From the NCBI GenBank assembly GCA_964016885.1, contig OZ024746.1, forward strand, positions 95,294,001 to 95,358,000: a stretch of DNA of 64,000 nt. The letters run 5' to 3'. Below the pieces are notes generated by a model that ran no database searches, was not told where the DNA came from, and saw only the letters and a list, made by a program, of their open reading frames with translations. The stretch's first letter is position 1. Every line of letters starts with the position of its first letter. The DNA is from Eledone cirrhosa (Eukaryota). This document shows positions 13,871-26,144 of the stretch, piece after piece. The translations under genes and the position numbers were made by a program.

Positions 13871-16800
13871 GTCCACTGCAAAACTAAGGAGTCCCCTTCA
13901 TTCTTGATAGTTACCATTCTTTCAAAGTAAAAGTGACTGAATGTGTCAACAAGTCTTGAGTGAATTAAAAAAAATGTAGGATTGGTTTTAATAGAATTAG
14001 TACACTTTTCCACCATGTTCTGTTAAGTAGAATATATATAGTACAATATATACAGTGTAGAGATAATCAAATGTAAACACTTGAATGTGAAGAGGCTAAA
14101 TTAGCAAGCCAGATTTCTCAGAAAAAGTTAATGTTTTGGAGTATGATGAGGTTTTGCCTGAAATGTTAACTTTTTTATTAGCAAATCCCCTGAAACTGCC
14201 CTTGGTTTTAGGGTACTAAAGTGTTTATTTTAATTCTTAACATTCTGTATAACATCAAGACATACTAGCAAGGCATTCTTTAAAAATACAAAACAGCATT
14301 ATCAGCAGCCAGTCTGAGGAAGGAGCCCCGCAAGGTGTGGTGGCTGTTGCAGAAGGTGTCGCTGGCATGGAAACACCTTTGCAGTTTTGTCCGCATCTTA
14401 AAGCTTGTCGGAGCCCATCCTTCTCCAGGCCTGGGTACAGCAGATTTCTTATAGAGAGGGGAAGAAAGTGAGAGAGAAGAAATGAAAAAGAGATATAGAG
14501 GAAGAATCGACCCCAGTACTAGACTGGTACTGTTTTTTTTATCGACCTCGAAAAGAGGAAAGGCAAAGTTGACCTCGGTGGGATTTGAACTCAGAGAGCT
14601 GGAAAGAATAGCACAAAGTATTCTAATGACTCTGTCAATTCGCTACCTTAGCCTATTTAAATATCTGTATATATATAAAATTAAGTATGTGTGTCTGTGT
14701 ATTACCTATGGGGACCTACATCTTACGACCGATTTTCATGAAACTTTACAGGCTCATAGATTAGTCATCGGGGAGTGTTTTCTATATATCAATGTATGGT
14801 TTTTTTATTCTGGGGTCATTCTGCAGATAAAAATCGATAGGGGCGGTCACCTTTTTTTAGGTATTGAAAAATAAGATTTTTGGCTCTAGCTCCCACATTT
14901 TGCCACCGATTTTGTTCAAATTTTAAAACAAAATAGAATTTATCATTGCACATCCTGTAATGGCTTTATATTTTGCATTTGTTATTCAGGGGGGCGTGGC
15001 AGCCGCTTAAATATTCAAAAATACCACTTTTAGACTCAAATTTCCACTTTTTCGGCTCTAGCTCCCACATTAATCAACCTACTTTGTTCAAATTTTACAC
15101 TACGCTAGATCTGATTATTTCACGTCTTAAAATGGCTTTACATTATGGACTTGTTGTTCAGGAACAGCGTGGCAGCCGCTTAAATATTCGAAAATACCAC
15201 CTTTTCGCTCAAATTTCCGCCTTTTTGGCTCTAGCTCCCACATTTTCCAACCGATTTCGTCACTTACCCGTGTATCCCAGTGATAGAGGTCATCACCACC
15301 CTCCCCTGCATGTGGCCATAGATGAGTCATCGAGAAGCAGTCGCTAAGATCAACACCTTTTCATCAAAGCAGATATTATTTTACCTACCCAGGCAACGCT
15401 GGGCACTGCTGCTAGTACTACTATAAATATATGGCTTGTGTATAGTATACATATATTATTATTTGTGGATTTGAATACAGTGGGTTGGCTGGGTTGTTAA
15501 AGCATTGGATAAATTAGTTTGCAGTATTTGTTCCAGCTCTTTATGTTATGAATTCAAATTCTGTTAATATCCCAGTCATGACCATCCATATTTTTCTGTG
15601 GCACAATGAACCATATCTTCTAAAAGAAGATTATAGAGAAAGATTTGAGGGAGATTTAGCTGCTATTTCTAGCATGTCAAACAGCCATGTAGATGCTCCT
15701 TTTACCAGAATGTCAATTTTAGTGGTAGAATGTTTGTCAACATATGTATTTGTGGTTTTACTTTTAGCTCCACAACTGCTGTAATCCTCCTCATCATTAT
15801 TTTATATCTGATTTCAACTTTTATCCCAATCTTTCATTAACCCTTTAGTGTTCAAACCGGCCAAAACCGGCCAGAATTCTCAAACTGGCTGTAACTGGTC
15901 GCTCAAACTGATGTTAAGGTATTGTTCTCAAAATAAATACTTTCAAAATCTCATAGATTCGATATTATGTGAGATAATTATGTGAGGTAAAGCCTTTACC
16001 ATGAAAATATAATAGTATATATAGAGTAATGTGAATGTTAAAGGGTTATACAAAAATGTTATTTACATAAAATACTCAAATATATATTCTAGGGTAAATT
16101 TACACAAAAATGATAACAAATTTAATATTTAGTCAAACATATAGAAAAAGAAAGTAGTAATGGAAAGACTATAAATGTTATAAATGAGAGGAAAAGAAAG
16201 AGCAAAGATTATTAGGTGACAAAAGAAAGTGGGAGAGAGGGTAACAGACACTATTCCAAGCTTGAGCAATCTTTTATGAGCAGTGAGCCACATAGGGTGT
16301 GGGTCATCATAAGGTGGAAGATGGATGTTACATGATGATAATGATTACTCTATCGTATTTTCACAGTGAAGGCTTTATCTCATATAATTACATCACATAA
16401 TATCAAAGTTACGATATTTTGATGATGTTATTTATTTTGAAAACAATACATTAACATCAGTATGAGCAGTTACGGCCAGTTTGAACGGAAAGAGGTGAGA
16501 GAATGCTGGCCGGATATGGCTGGTTTAAATACTAAAGAGTTAAGACAGAGTCCCTACAACTCCGGAGCCTATGAATGGAATAAAAAAGCAGTATTTACAA
16601 GTTCTTATGTATTGAGAAAGATTTGTTTGTGACTTTCCTTATTTGCAAATAATGTCTCCCATTCATTTAATCCTCTTGGTGCCACATTTCTATGGTTTTC
16701 AAATCATTTTCAAAATAAAGATTTGGAGGTTATGAATCTTGGGTAATTACTGAAAGAATACAATCGTGAATACAAGCAGCCGAAATGGGGTTCCTCTGAA

Positions 16801-18065
16801 GGGTTTTTAGAATAATGTTACTCGATAAAGTGCATAACTCGGAGATCATGGTGTCACTCCAGATAAAGCTGCTTCTTCTCTAAGACATCACAACTCCGAT
16901 AGTACAGGCATGTGGTTAGAATGTATCGTGAAAGAATCACTGGACAGATTTTACAGGCAAATCCAACTGGCAGGAGACCCAGGAGTAGACCCTGAGCAAG
17001 ATGGTTGGATAACATCCATGAGCTTGGCTGGTCTCACTTGGGCATAGCTGCTTCTAACAGGACCTGCTGGAAAGAATATTTGAGGACTTTGGCCCCCATG
17101 ACCCTCTAAGGAATAAGTGGGTGAAGAAGATTTAGAGGGATTTAGTAATATATACCCCTGGCAGTGGAGACTTCTGGTGTCCTTGGCCCTAGGGCTACCT
17201 CCCTACTCACCACCATAGGCGCTGAGCTGGCCAGCCGCAGGTGTGAACCCTGCGAGTTGGGATGGCTTTTCCAGTGCGTCTCCCTTGCCTTCTTCCAAGT
17301 GAACGCCTTCTCCATCCTGTCTGCCGGGGCTGTGGGGGGCCCCATCGCGTAACATTCCATATTTAGGTATCTGTGTTCTCACGTGTAGACACTCGTCCTT
17401 TACCATAGTGTTGTGTCCCTAAACGAAGTTTATTTCCTTTAATAATTACAATGTAATTTGTCTGCAGTATGTATACAATGAGATATGATCAAAATGTAGA
17501 CGTAATGTTTCACAGACCACACATTTAAGAGACTGAAATCCTTACTCATTATTAAGCTGGTATTTGGAACATAACAAAGGTTCTTATGTAAAATTATGAT
17601 GGAAGGTTTTTAGATGAATATAAACACTTTAAAACAAACAGTTTTATATCATAGAAAGTTGAACCAGGGCGGTTTCAAGTGGTGTGTTATGAAAAGTGTT
17701 AAGAGGAATATACTTTTACTCCATGCTTAATGCAGACTGTTTATTTTTAGTATCTGGTTTAAATGAAGCAAACAAGTCAAACCCATCCCTCTTTTTAACT
17801 ACTTGTCGATGAATTCAACTTCAAACACATTCCAAACATGTCCATCTGGTATAGTTTTTAACAAGAGTGTTTTCCTTTTTTTTTTTGTTGTGGGTGGGAT
17901 TATAAGATGCGTGATTTGAAGTAGATTTCACTGCTATTTCTAGCACACTGAACGACCAAATGAGCTTCACACATCTGTTTATAATAGAATCTTTTCTACA
18001 TGTGTGTATGTAGCTTCACACATCTGTTTATAATAGAATCTTTTCTACATGTGTGTATATAGCTT

Positions 18066-18432
18066 TATAGCGAGATTACTGGTTGCATGAATGTAACAAA
18101 ACGAGACAATGTTTGTGTATATAATATTTAATTAACGGTAGATAGAATACTTGACATGTCAAAGATAGATGTTAGAATGAAACAAAGTTAGTAGTTACCG
18201 TTTTGATTGCCAGGCAAATGCGGCTGGCAGAGGGCGCCTGGCTAAGGCCAGGCGCCTGTTGGCCAAATTAATGGCAGAGCCAAATGAGAAGACTCTTCGA
18301 CCTGGTGCCGAAAAGGCAAAAAGAGAGAGGAAGCTCAAAGTTGCTAGCTTTATAGGGCTCTGACCGGAAGTTGCAGAAAGGGTTCCACTTCCCGTCTAGA
18401 TCCCAATCAAAACAAGGGAGACAACCGCTACA
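18066..18432 (-). repeat. 3' LTR
   Basis: Preceded on the - strand by PPT-like GGCGGGAGG (18444..18436). Confidence 0.92.
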
Positions 18433-19521
18433 TAACCTCCCGCCAGAATTTTAGTGTATAAAAATCGAAATGAAAATATGTAGCAAGTTGGCGAGAATGT
18501 TGTAACAGGCATGAAAATTACGACAAAAGAATGTTTGGAAAAATCAATGATAGATATCAAGGTAGCCAACCGCTCTTGGCCAGAGCACGACTGGACATCC
18601 ATCTATCCATCACCCAAAGATACAATGTAATAAAGTAAAAGTAATAGAAGAGCTCAAAGTTCAAAATATAGTTCACAGGTGTGCAATCACATGACAGCTG
18701 GAAAGAAAGTGTGTTCCAGAGAATGAATGCAGGTGGTTTCTGTTCTGTGGTATATCGTGAAATTTCCAACCTCCGAATGGATTTTCTCACAGGAAGAGTG
18801 CTGCAAAAATAAATTCTCTGGCTTTGGTGAAGCTGTGTTGATGTATTGCTGTTGCTGTTATATTGCTGTTGCTGCTGCTGTTGTCTCGCTGAGTGAGCGT
18901 ATTCGGTGTTTAAATTCACAGTAAAAAATTTTTTTTTTAGAAAAAATGAGTTGCGCAAAGTGCTAGAAATAGCAGCCGAAGTTGATGGTCGATGTTGAGA
19001 ATGCGTTGACCTGGAAGGGTCAAGAGGCCAGCGACCAGAGAAATAAGCATTCTTAATAAATGCGCGGTTATCAACGGTAAATTTACATTGTAAATTTATA
19101 AACCGGCAAATAGAAGAATATAGCTTAAGGCTGAAGAATCCTTGGGGGAGAAATGCTATCTCTGGCGTGCGGCTGTCTGTGAGAAGAGACATCTCAGTGA
19201 ATCGAGAATTTATGCTGCCTACACGTGCCAATACAAGGTTGAAAAAAAATATTTCTAACGCGCGAGAAAATGATAGTGCAATTTTGAAAGTGACAATGAT
19301 GAAAAAGAAAGGCTTCAATCAGCATAATTATAGGTGTGAACTTTTGGAGAAAAAACTGCCAGCCGCATTTGCCTGGCAATCAAAACGGTAACTACTAACT
19401 TTGTTTCATTCTAACATCTATCTTTGACATGTCAAGTATTCTATCTACCGTTAATTAAATATTATATACACAAACATTGTCTCGTTTTGTTACATTCATG
19501 CAACCAGTAATCTCGCTATAT

Positions 19522-19553
19522 TGGTGACCCTGACGTGATACGAACACGCAGCC
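19522..19553 (-). pseudogene. Reverse-transcribed 3' fragment (about positions 45-76) of mature tRNA-Trp including CCA
   Basis: - strand GGCTGCGTGTTCGTATCACGTCAGGGTCACCA versus tRNA-Trp GGCTGCGTGTTCGAATCACGTCGGGGTCA(CCA). It differs at A58 (to T) and G67 (to A). Confidence 0.88.
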
Positions 19554-19557
19554 GTTC

Positions 19558-19575
19558 ATCACGTCGGGGTCACCA
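19558..19575 (-). other. Primer-binding site complementary to the 3' 18 nt of tRNA-Trp(CCA)
   Basis: - strand TGGTGACCCCGACGTGAT is the reverse complement of the metazoan tRNA-Trp 3' end ATCACGTCGGGGTCA+CCA. Confidence 0.93.
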
Positions 19576-19576
19576 A

Positions 19577-19943
19577 TATAGCGAGATTACTGGTTGCATG
19601 AATGTAACAAAACGAGACAATGTTTGTGTATATAATATTTAATTAACGGTAGATAGAATACTTGACATGTCAAAGATAGATGTTAGAATGAAACAAAGTT
19701 AGTAGTTACCGTTTTGATTGCCAGGCAAATGCGGCTGGCAGAGGGCGCCTGGCTAAGGCCAGGCGCCTGTTGGCCAAATTAATGGCAGAGCCAAATGAGA
19801 AGACTCTTCGACCTGGTGCCGAAAAGGCAAAAAGAGAGAGGAAGCTCAAAGTTGCTAGCTTTATAGGGCTCTGACCGGAAGTTGCAGAAAGGGTTCCACT
19901 TCCCGTCTAGATCCCAATCAAAACAAGGGAGACAACCGCTACA
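19577..19943 (-). repeat. 5' LTR (TATAAA at 19865..19860, GC hairpin 19744..19767)
   Basis: Direct repeat of 18066..18432; followed on the - strand by the PBS. Confidence 0.92.
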
Positions 19944-22900
19944 GCTTCATACATCTGTTTATAATAGAATCTGTTCTACATGTGTGTATGTAGCTTCACA
20001 CATCTGTTTATAATAGAATCTTTTCTACATGTGTGTATGTAGCTTCATGCATCTGTTTATAATAGAATCTTTTCTACATGTGTGTATGTAGCTTCATACA
20101 TCTGTTTATAATAGAATCTGTTCTACATGTGTGTATGTAGCTTCACACATCTGTTTATAATAGAATCTGTTCTACATGTGTGTGTAGTCTTTTAGCTAAT
20201 TCTAAAGTCTAAAGTCTGCCTCTAGCTAGGAAGCTCATCAGGCCAGTACTTATACCGGTTTCCGTGGCACGAAGTGACTGAGAGTACAAGACTTTTCCTT
20301 GGATAGGAGGTTAGTCCTTCGCAGGGTTAAACACCCTCCAGCTATTGCTGGTACTCATTTTCAGCTGCAACGTGAAATGTGTATGAGAGCGTGTCTGTTT
20401 TTACATCTGTGTTTATGTCTCATAATTTAGCAGATTGGCAACAAAGAGATTGATAAAATAAGCACCAGACTTGAAAAAATTAGAGCGATGCCCCAGCATG
20501 ACCGCTTTCTAGTATCTGCAACCAGTAAAAGTATAAAAGAATATATTTTCTTAAAGTGGGTTCCATAAAGGGTTTGTGGTTTCTGCAAGATAAAGTGTAT
20601 TTTAATAAAATGTAATAAATAAAATCTGTTATATGACTAGAGCGGTGCTCCAGCATGACCACCGTCTAATATCTGTAACCAGTAAAAGTATAAAAGAATA
20701 TATTTTCGTACGATAAAGTATCCTTTAATAATATGTAATAAAAATCTGTTATATGTTGTTTTTTTTATCAATATATCTTTCTTTAAAACAAATTTGTTTC
20801 ATCTAACATCATATTAAAATTAGGGTAGTAAGGATTTTCCATAAATTCTAGGTTTGGGTTCAATATTTCTGGGGAAAATTGTATAAGATTTATATACGAC
20901 AAAAATAAGTTTGGAAACCACTGGTATAGAATATTTGTGTGGTTGTGTGGGAAGATGTTTACATGGGTTGGTTATTTAGGTTTTTTTTTGGTTTTATTAT
21001 GTAAAATGAAATTATATGTTATAGGTGTTTTCTGGTGATTCATTATATAATTGATTTTATACCAATAATCTCTTTTTCTGAAATTATGTGAAAGCGTAAC
21101 TATGTTGATTTACTTCCTATTTCTAACTCTGAACCAATGAGAGCGCTTCCTCATATTTTGTTAAGAAAGCAGCCAGTATTTTCCATAAACCTCACCTTAC
21201 CTCAATTTTTTAACGTTTTATCATTTATAATACTCTATATTTACTATTGTATTTTCACAGTAAAGGCTTTATCTCAACATAATATCAAACCTATGAGATT
21301 TTGATGTTTTTATTTATTTTGAGAACAATACCTTAAATCAGTATGAGCAGCCTGTTGTGGCTGGTTTGAAGAGAAAGAGGTGAGAGAATTCTGACCAGAT
21401 ATGGCCGGTCATCAGGTGTGAGCCTCGCGGGCCAGAATGGCTCTTTTAGAGTGTCTCCCTCACCATCACCCAGGGAAACGCCTTATCTATTCTGTCCACC
21501 AGAGTTGTGGAGTGACCAGAGCATGCCCCCCCCCCCATTTGCTTATAATAGTAAGAGAGGCAGTGACTATACCAACATTGCTGAAGTATTTTCTTCTGTT
21601 AGTCTTCATTTAAGGGTTAAAGTTAACACTGTTTATTCCCAATACCCGTGTTTCACTCACAAAGTTGGCTTAAAAACGATTTATAATTACATAAGTATGA
21701 AAAAAAGAGAGATAAAAACAAAATTAAGTAATGAGAAAAAGGGGAAGGGGTAAAGAAGAGCAGATCTGGTTGTATGGCAAAGTAGAATAAATGAGAAAAA
21801 ATAGGAGGAAAAAATGCAAGGATTCTTGGGCCACAGAAGAAGGGGGGGGGGGTCTGGGTTCTGGGATTAGGGTGGAACATTGGATTATGTAATCCTAGTT
21901 ATACTCTGTGGTGTAGTATGGTTATTATTGAATGAGTTTCTTCAGAGCGAACCTCTGGTTGGTTTGGGCAGCAACAACAACACTATTACCAACAATCAAT
22001 GAGGGAGTCACTTGAAATGCTAGAAATAGCAGCTAAATTTCACTCATATCAAATCCTACTGTTTAAACAAAATATAGATTATGTTTTATTAATTAGATAA
22101 TAATTGTTTCTACTTTTGGCACAAGCCAGCAATTACCCAGTACATTACTGGTACTTTATTTTATCGACCCCGTAAGGATGAAAGGCAAAGTTAACCTCGG
22201 CGGGATTTGAACTCAGAATGCCAAGGGACGTAACTCTTTGCGTCAAGCATGGCGTCCGACCCTCCACTGATACTGCCAATCCACCGAATAATAGGGTGGT
22301 GAATTGGCAGAATCGGTAGAGCGTCAGACACCATGCTTTGCAGCATAGAGTTATGACTATGTTCTGAGTTCAAATCCCACCAGCTTTGCCTTTCATCCTT
22401 ATGGGGTCAATAAAATAAAGCACCAGAATTGTACTGGGGTCGATTTAATTGACTTTCCCCTCCCCCCAATTTACTGGCCTTGTGCCTATAGTAGAAATAA
22501 TTAATTAGATAATCATCATCACCATTTAACATCCATTCCCTGCTATGTAGATCTAAATTGGCTAAAAAAAAAAACAAAGATTAGGAGCCCATGTCTTATG
22601 TACCTTTGATTATGTGCCTTGACCTGGTGTTAACCCTTTTGTTACCACATTTCTAATAAAATATATACTGCACACGATTGCCAAATCATTTTGAAAATAA
22701 TCAAGAATTTTGTGAAATTTTGTAAAATAACAGATTTTCTAATTAACCCTTTAGCATTTACATTACTCTATATTTACTATTATATTTTCACATAATTATC
22801 TCATAATATCGAATCTATGATTTTGATATTATTCATTTTGAGAACAATACCTTAATATCGGTATGAGTGGCCAGTTACAGCTGGTTTGAACAGAAAGAGG

Positions 22901-25444
22901 TGAGAGAATTCTGGCCAGATATGGCCGGTTTAAATGCTAGAGGGTTAACCCTTTAGTTACCAACCCGGCCAAAACCGGCTCTTGTTTTATGAAACACAGC
23001 CAACCATTTTAAAGGTTTCCAATTTAAATTAAAATCTTCCAACATAATTTTATATAAGAATCTTACATCAAGTTACTATCTTAGTAATGAAATAATTAAT
23101 AATTTTAGTAAATCCCTCAAAATTCTTATTAACTAATTAATTAAAATAGAGTGTATTTCATTAGAAATATGGCCATGAAAAGGTTAAGCTGGTGTTTGGA
23201 ACATAAATTTTTTTTACATAAAATTATGATGGAACATTTTTAGATAAATATAAATATTTGTATTGGTGCTTCAACATAGTGATGTGGAAGATGTACGTTA
23301 AATGAAGATGATGATGATGATACGGGATGTTTATGTAAAACATTCGAAAGGTCTTTCGCTATCCAAATGTTTTTCATAAACATCCCGTATATTATTAAAT
23401 ATACAATACATTCGTTTATATATAAACACGTTAAAACAAACAGCTTTGTATAGTAGAACTAAGGCTAGTCTCAGGAAGTTCAATATCTTGGTACTGTGGC
23501 TGCCATGCAAAGGAAAGGAAGAAGCAAATACTGTGGATTGTCCAGCTGCTTCCTCTTTGCACTCATCGCCGTCTTGACCTCCGGCATACTTTGACCCCGT
23601 ACAGTCGAGCTCCTCCGCAAGATTGGAACATCAGCGGCCCATCTGAAGAAGGAGCCCGCGAGGTGGGGTGGGGTGGCTGTTGCAGTGGGTGTCACTGGCC
23701 ATTGTCTGCAGGAATGCTCTTGCGGTCTTGTCTGCAGGGCGCAGCCCCATTACCACTGTGCCCTAGGCCCAGAGCCCAATCACCCTCCCTCTTCACCCTC
23801 CCTATTCTTCTGTGACACTAGAGTCCTAGCCATTCCCTCCCTTTTTTCTTTATATTTTCCCAGTTTTCTTTCTTCTCAAACTAAATTTTCTTTTTTTCCT
23901 ATTAAACTGATGATATCTCAAATCAGTAGATAAATGCACTCCTCGTTTAATGACCAGAATCTGCTCCATTACTAAGGAGTTGGAGAGTGTTTTATTCAGA
24001 AGACCAAGTCATGCAAATAACTGGACATAAAAATACTAACTGGCTTGTTTCATTGTTTCAGGGATATATGTACTATCACGAGTATTGCATTACATTGTTT
24101 ATCATGGCAAATAAATTTAGCACCACTATATGACAGCTGTGTCTACTTAACTCTGATTAGATATTACAGGAGGATGTAGTGAATTGCTTGAGATTTTAAT
24201 AACGAAACTGTATTTAATTAACCCTTTCATGAAAGACGACAGCTGTATAAAAAAGTGCAGGGCGATCAAAATTGATGGAAGCTACGGAGTAGGCAGACCC
24301 AGAAAAACCTGGGACGATTTGATAAATTCCGACCTTACACACTTACACCTCTCCAAGACAATGTCACTGGACTGAGATCTTTGGTACGACGCAGTAATAG
24401 AAGACCCACCTTGCCTAAGTACAAAGTGAAATCTACAGTCAGTAGGCACCTCTTAACCAAAAATACACCCCCATCCCACTACCCCTACCCCCACCCCATC
24501 TACACCACCCCTTTCTCTATAAAGTTATGTTGGTACCACAACATCCAGTCCTAAATAAATGAGGTTGTGTAGGTCCATGCTGTAATGTGACCGTGTAGGT
24601 AGCACGGTAAAAACCTCCCAGTCCACACTGTAAACGTGGTTGGTGTTAGGAAGGGCATCCAGCCATAGAAAACCTGCCAGACAGTCCTATACGAGCAAGA
24701 CAACCAATCTTGCCTCAAGTGGGACAATTCTCGTCTAAACCCATGCTAGCGTGGAAGATAGACGTTAAACGATGATGATGATGATGATTACTGTATTTTT
24801 TTAATGAAAAACACTGCTTATAATTTTTTAATAAAATTTTTTAAATAGTAAAAAATTAGGAAGAAGGGATTTAGTAATACAGCCTTACCCTTTGTCTCTG
24901 GGTAAGAGGTAGGTGTCTCATCTGGGATGTCACAATCAATGACTCTTTTGCACCCTCCCACATCATGGATGCTGCAGTAAATGTGAAGGTCACTGCTTCC
25001 ATTGCCAAACGGAATAAAATTCAGAAATACCTGGACTTATCAAATAATTATTTTTTCCAGCCTGTGACATTTGAGACGTTTGGTGGAGTTGGGCCACTGA
25101 CAGCGTAGTTCTTGTCATCGCTGGCGGCTCACCTTGCTGAAGTATCAGGTGATGCCCATGAGGGTGCCTGGTTGTTTCAGTGCCTTAGCTTCACCATCAA
25201 CCGTGGTAAAGTTGCAAATGTGTTGGCTTGCTTCCGTTGGCCGATTGTTGCACCTGGTGGTGAATTGATGGTCGTTTTTGTTTTGTTTTTGCTTCCCCCT
25301 TTTTTCTCTTTTTTTTCTCTCTTTTATGCGTTTATATTTGTGTTTATCAATGACATTATATTTGTAATGTTCTTCTGAGAGAACTGGAAGCAATTTATAA
25401 TGTTATTTACACATTTGTAATGTTATTTATACAACTGTGGTGTT

Positions 25445-25755
25445 TGGTCACAAATGACCATGGGATTTGCACCTAGGAAGTTCCCCTCTGAGGCACAAGT
25501 CCGGGCAAGGTTGTTTGTGGAAGACAAGCAGTCGCCCATGCATACCAGTCTCCCCTCTCCACATCACTGATGTTGTCCAAGGGAAATGCAATGGCTGATA
25601 CAGGTTGACACCAGTGACGTCACAACTCATTTCTACAGCTGAGTAAACTGGAGCAACGTGAAATAAAGTGTCTTGCCCAAGAACACAATGCAAAGTCCAG
25701 TCCAAGAATTGAACTCACAACCTCACAATTGTAAGCCCAATGCTCTAACCACTAA
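25445..25755 (-). mobile_element. tRNA-derived CORE-type SINE (related heads at about 2590-2750, 12100-12345, 31750-31975, 49730-49850)
   Basis: - strand tagtggttagagc...gagttcaattc, followed by CORE-like ttgggcaagacactttatttcacgttgctcc. Confidence 0.7.
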
Positions 25756-26144
25756 ACTTACTAAAACTGTATTTAATTAACCCTTTCATTACTGTATCTT
25801 TTTAGTTAATTTTTAAGATAAAAAATTAGGAAGAAGGGATTTAGTAATACACCACATGGGGATGCAGTGTACAAAATATACACTAAAAACTGCAAAATAT
25901 TTTTTTTGTTACTGCTTAATCAAGGAAGGAAAGGCAGTGCCAATGAACTTTTAATTTTTTTAAGTGTTCTGAAATTGGAGGAAGAGAAGTATTCTGAAAC
26001 CAGAAACCAAGCCTGAATGCAATACAGTGAACTCTGGTAAAGGCACCCAAAGACCAAGAAGTAGTGTTATAACAGACGATAACTTAAGTATGCCACTCAA
26101 GAACTCGGTTCACAAAATGATGAAACAAATACTACAAGGCTTCT

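Larger units (their letters stand above)
19356..19741. repeat. 184-bp-arm inverted repeat (19356..19539 / 19558..19741), 18-nt loop
   Basis: 19356..19520 is the reverse complement of the first 165 nt of each LTR repeat as read on +. One mismatch, at 19531. Confidence 0.93.
18066..19943 (-). mobile_element. Non-coding LTR retrotransposon copy (tRNA-Trp-primed, probably Ty3/Gypsy CsRn1-like), antisense in MyD88 intron 1
   Basis: Two 367-bp direct repeats (18066..18432, 19577..19943), identical by eye, reading TGTAGCG...CGCTATA on the - strand. GCTT TSD at 18062..18065 and 19944..19947. PBS one nt inside the 5' LTR and a purine tract next to the 3' LTR. No gag/pol motifs seen. Confidence 0.92.
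17963..20186. repeat. 49-bp minisatellite (gcttcacacatctgtttataatagaatcttttctacatgtgtgtatgta), about 7 units, split by the LTR element
   Basis: Units start at 17964, 18013 and 18062, then resume at 19944. Confidence 0.9.

Noticed and set aside
19522-19575. Functional tRNA-Trp gene
   Set aside because: Only the 3' 18-32 nt are present, with encoded CCA and no D or anticodon arm; it is primer-derived.
18066-19943. DIRS-type element with an internal complementary region
   Set aside because: Direct LTRs, tRNA PBS, PPT and a 4-bp TSD indicate an integrase-type LTR element; no tyrosine recombinase remnant.
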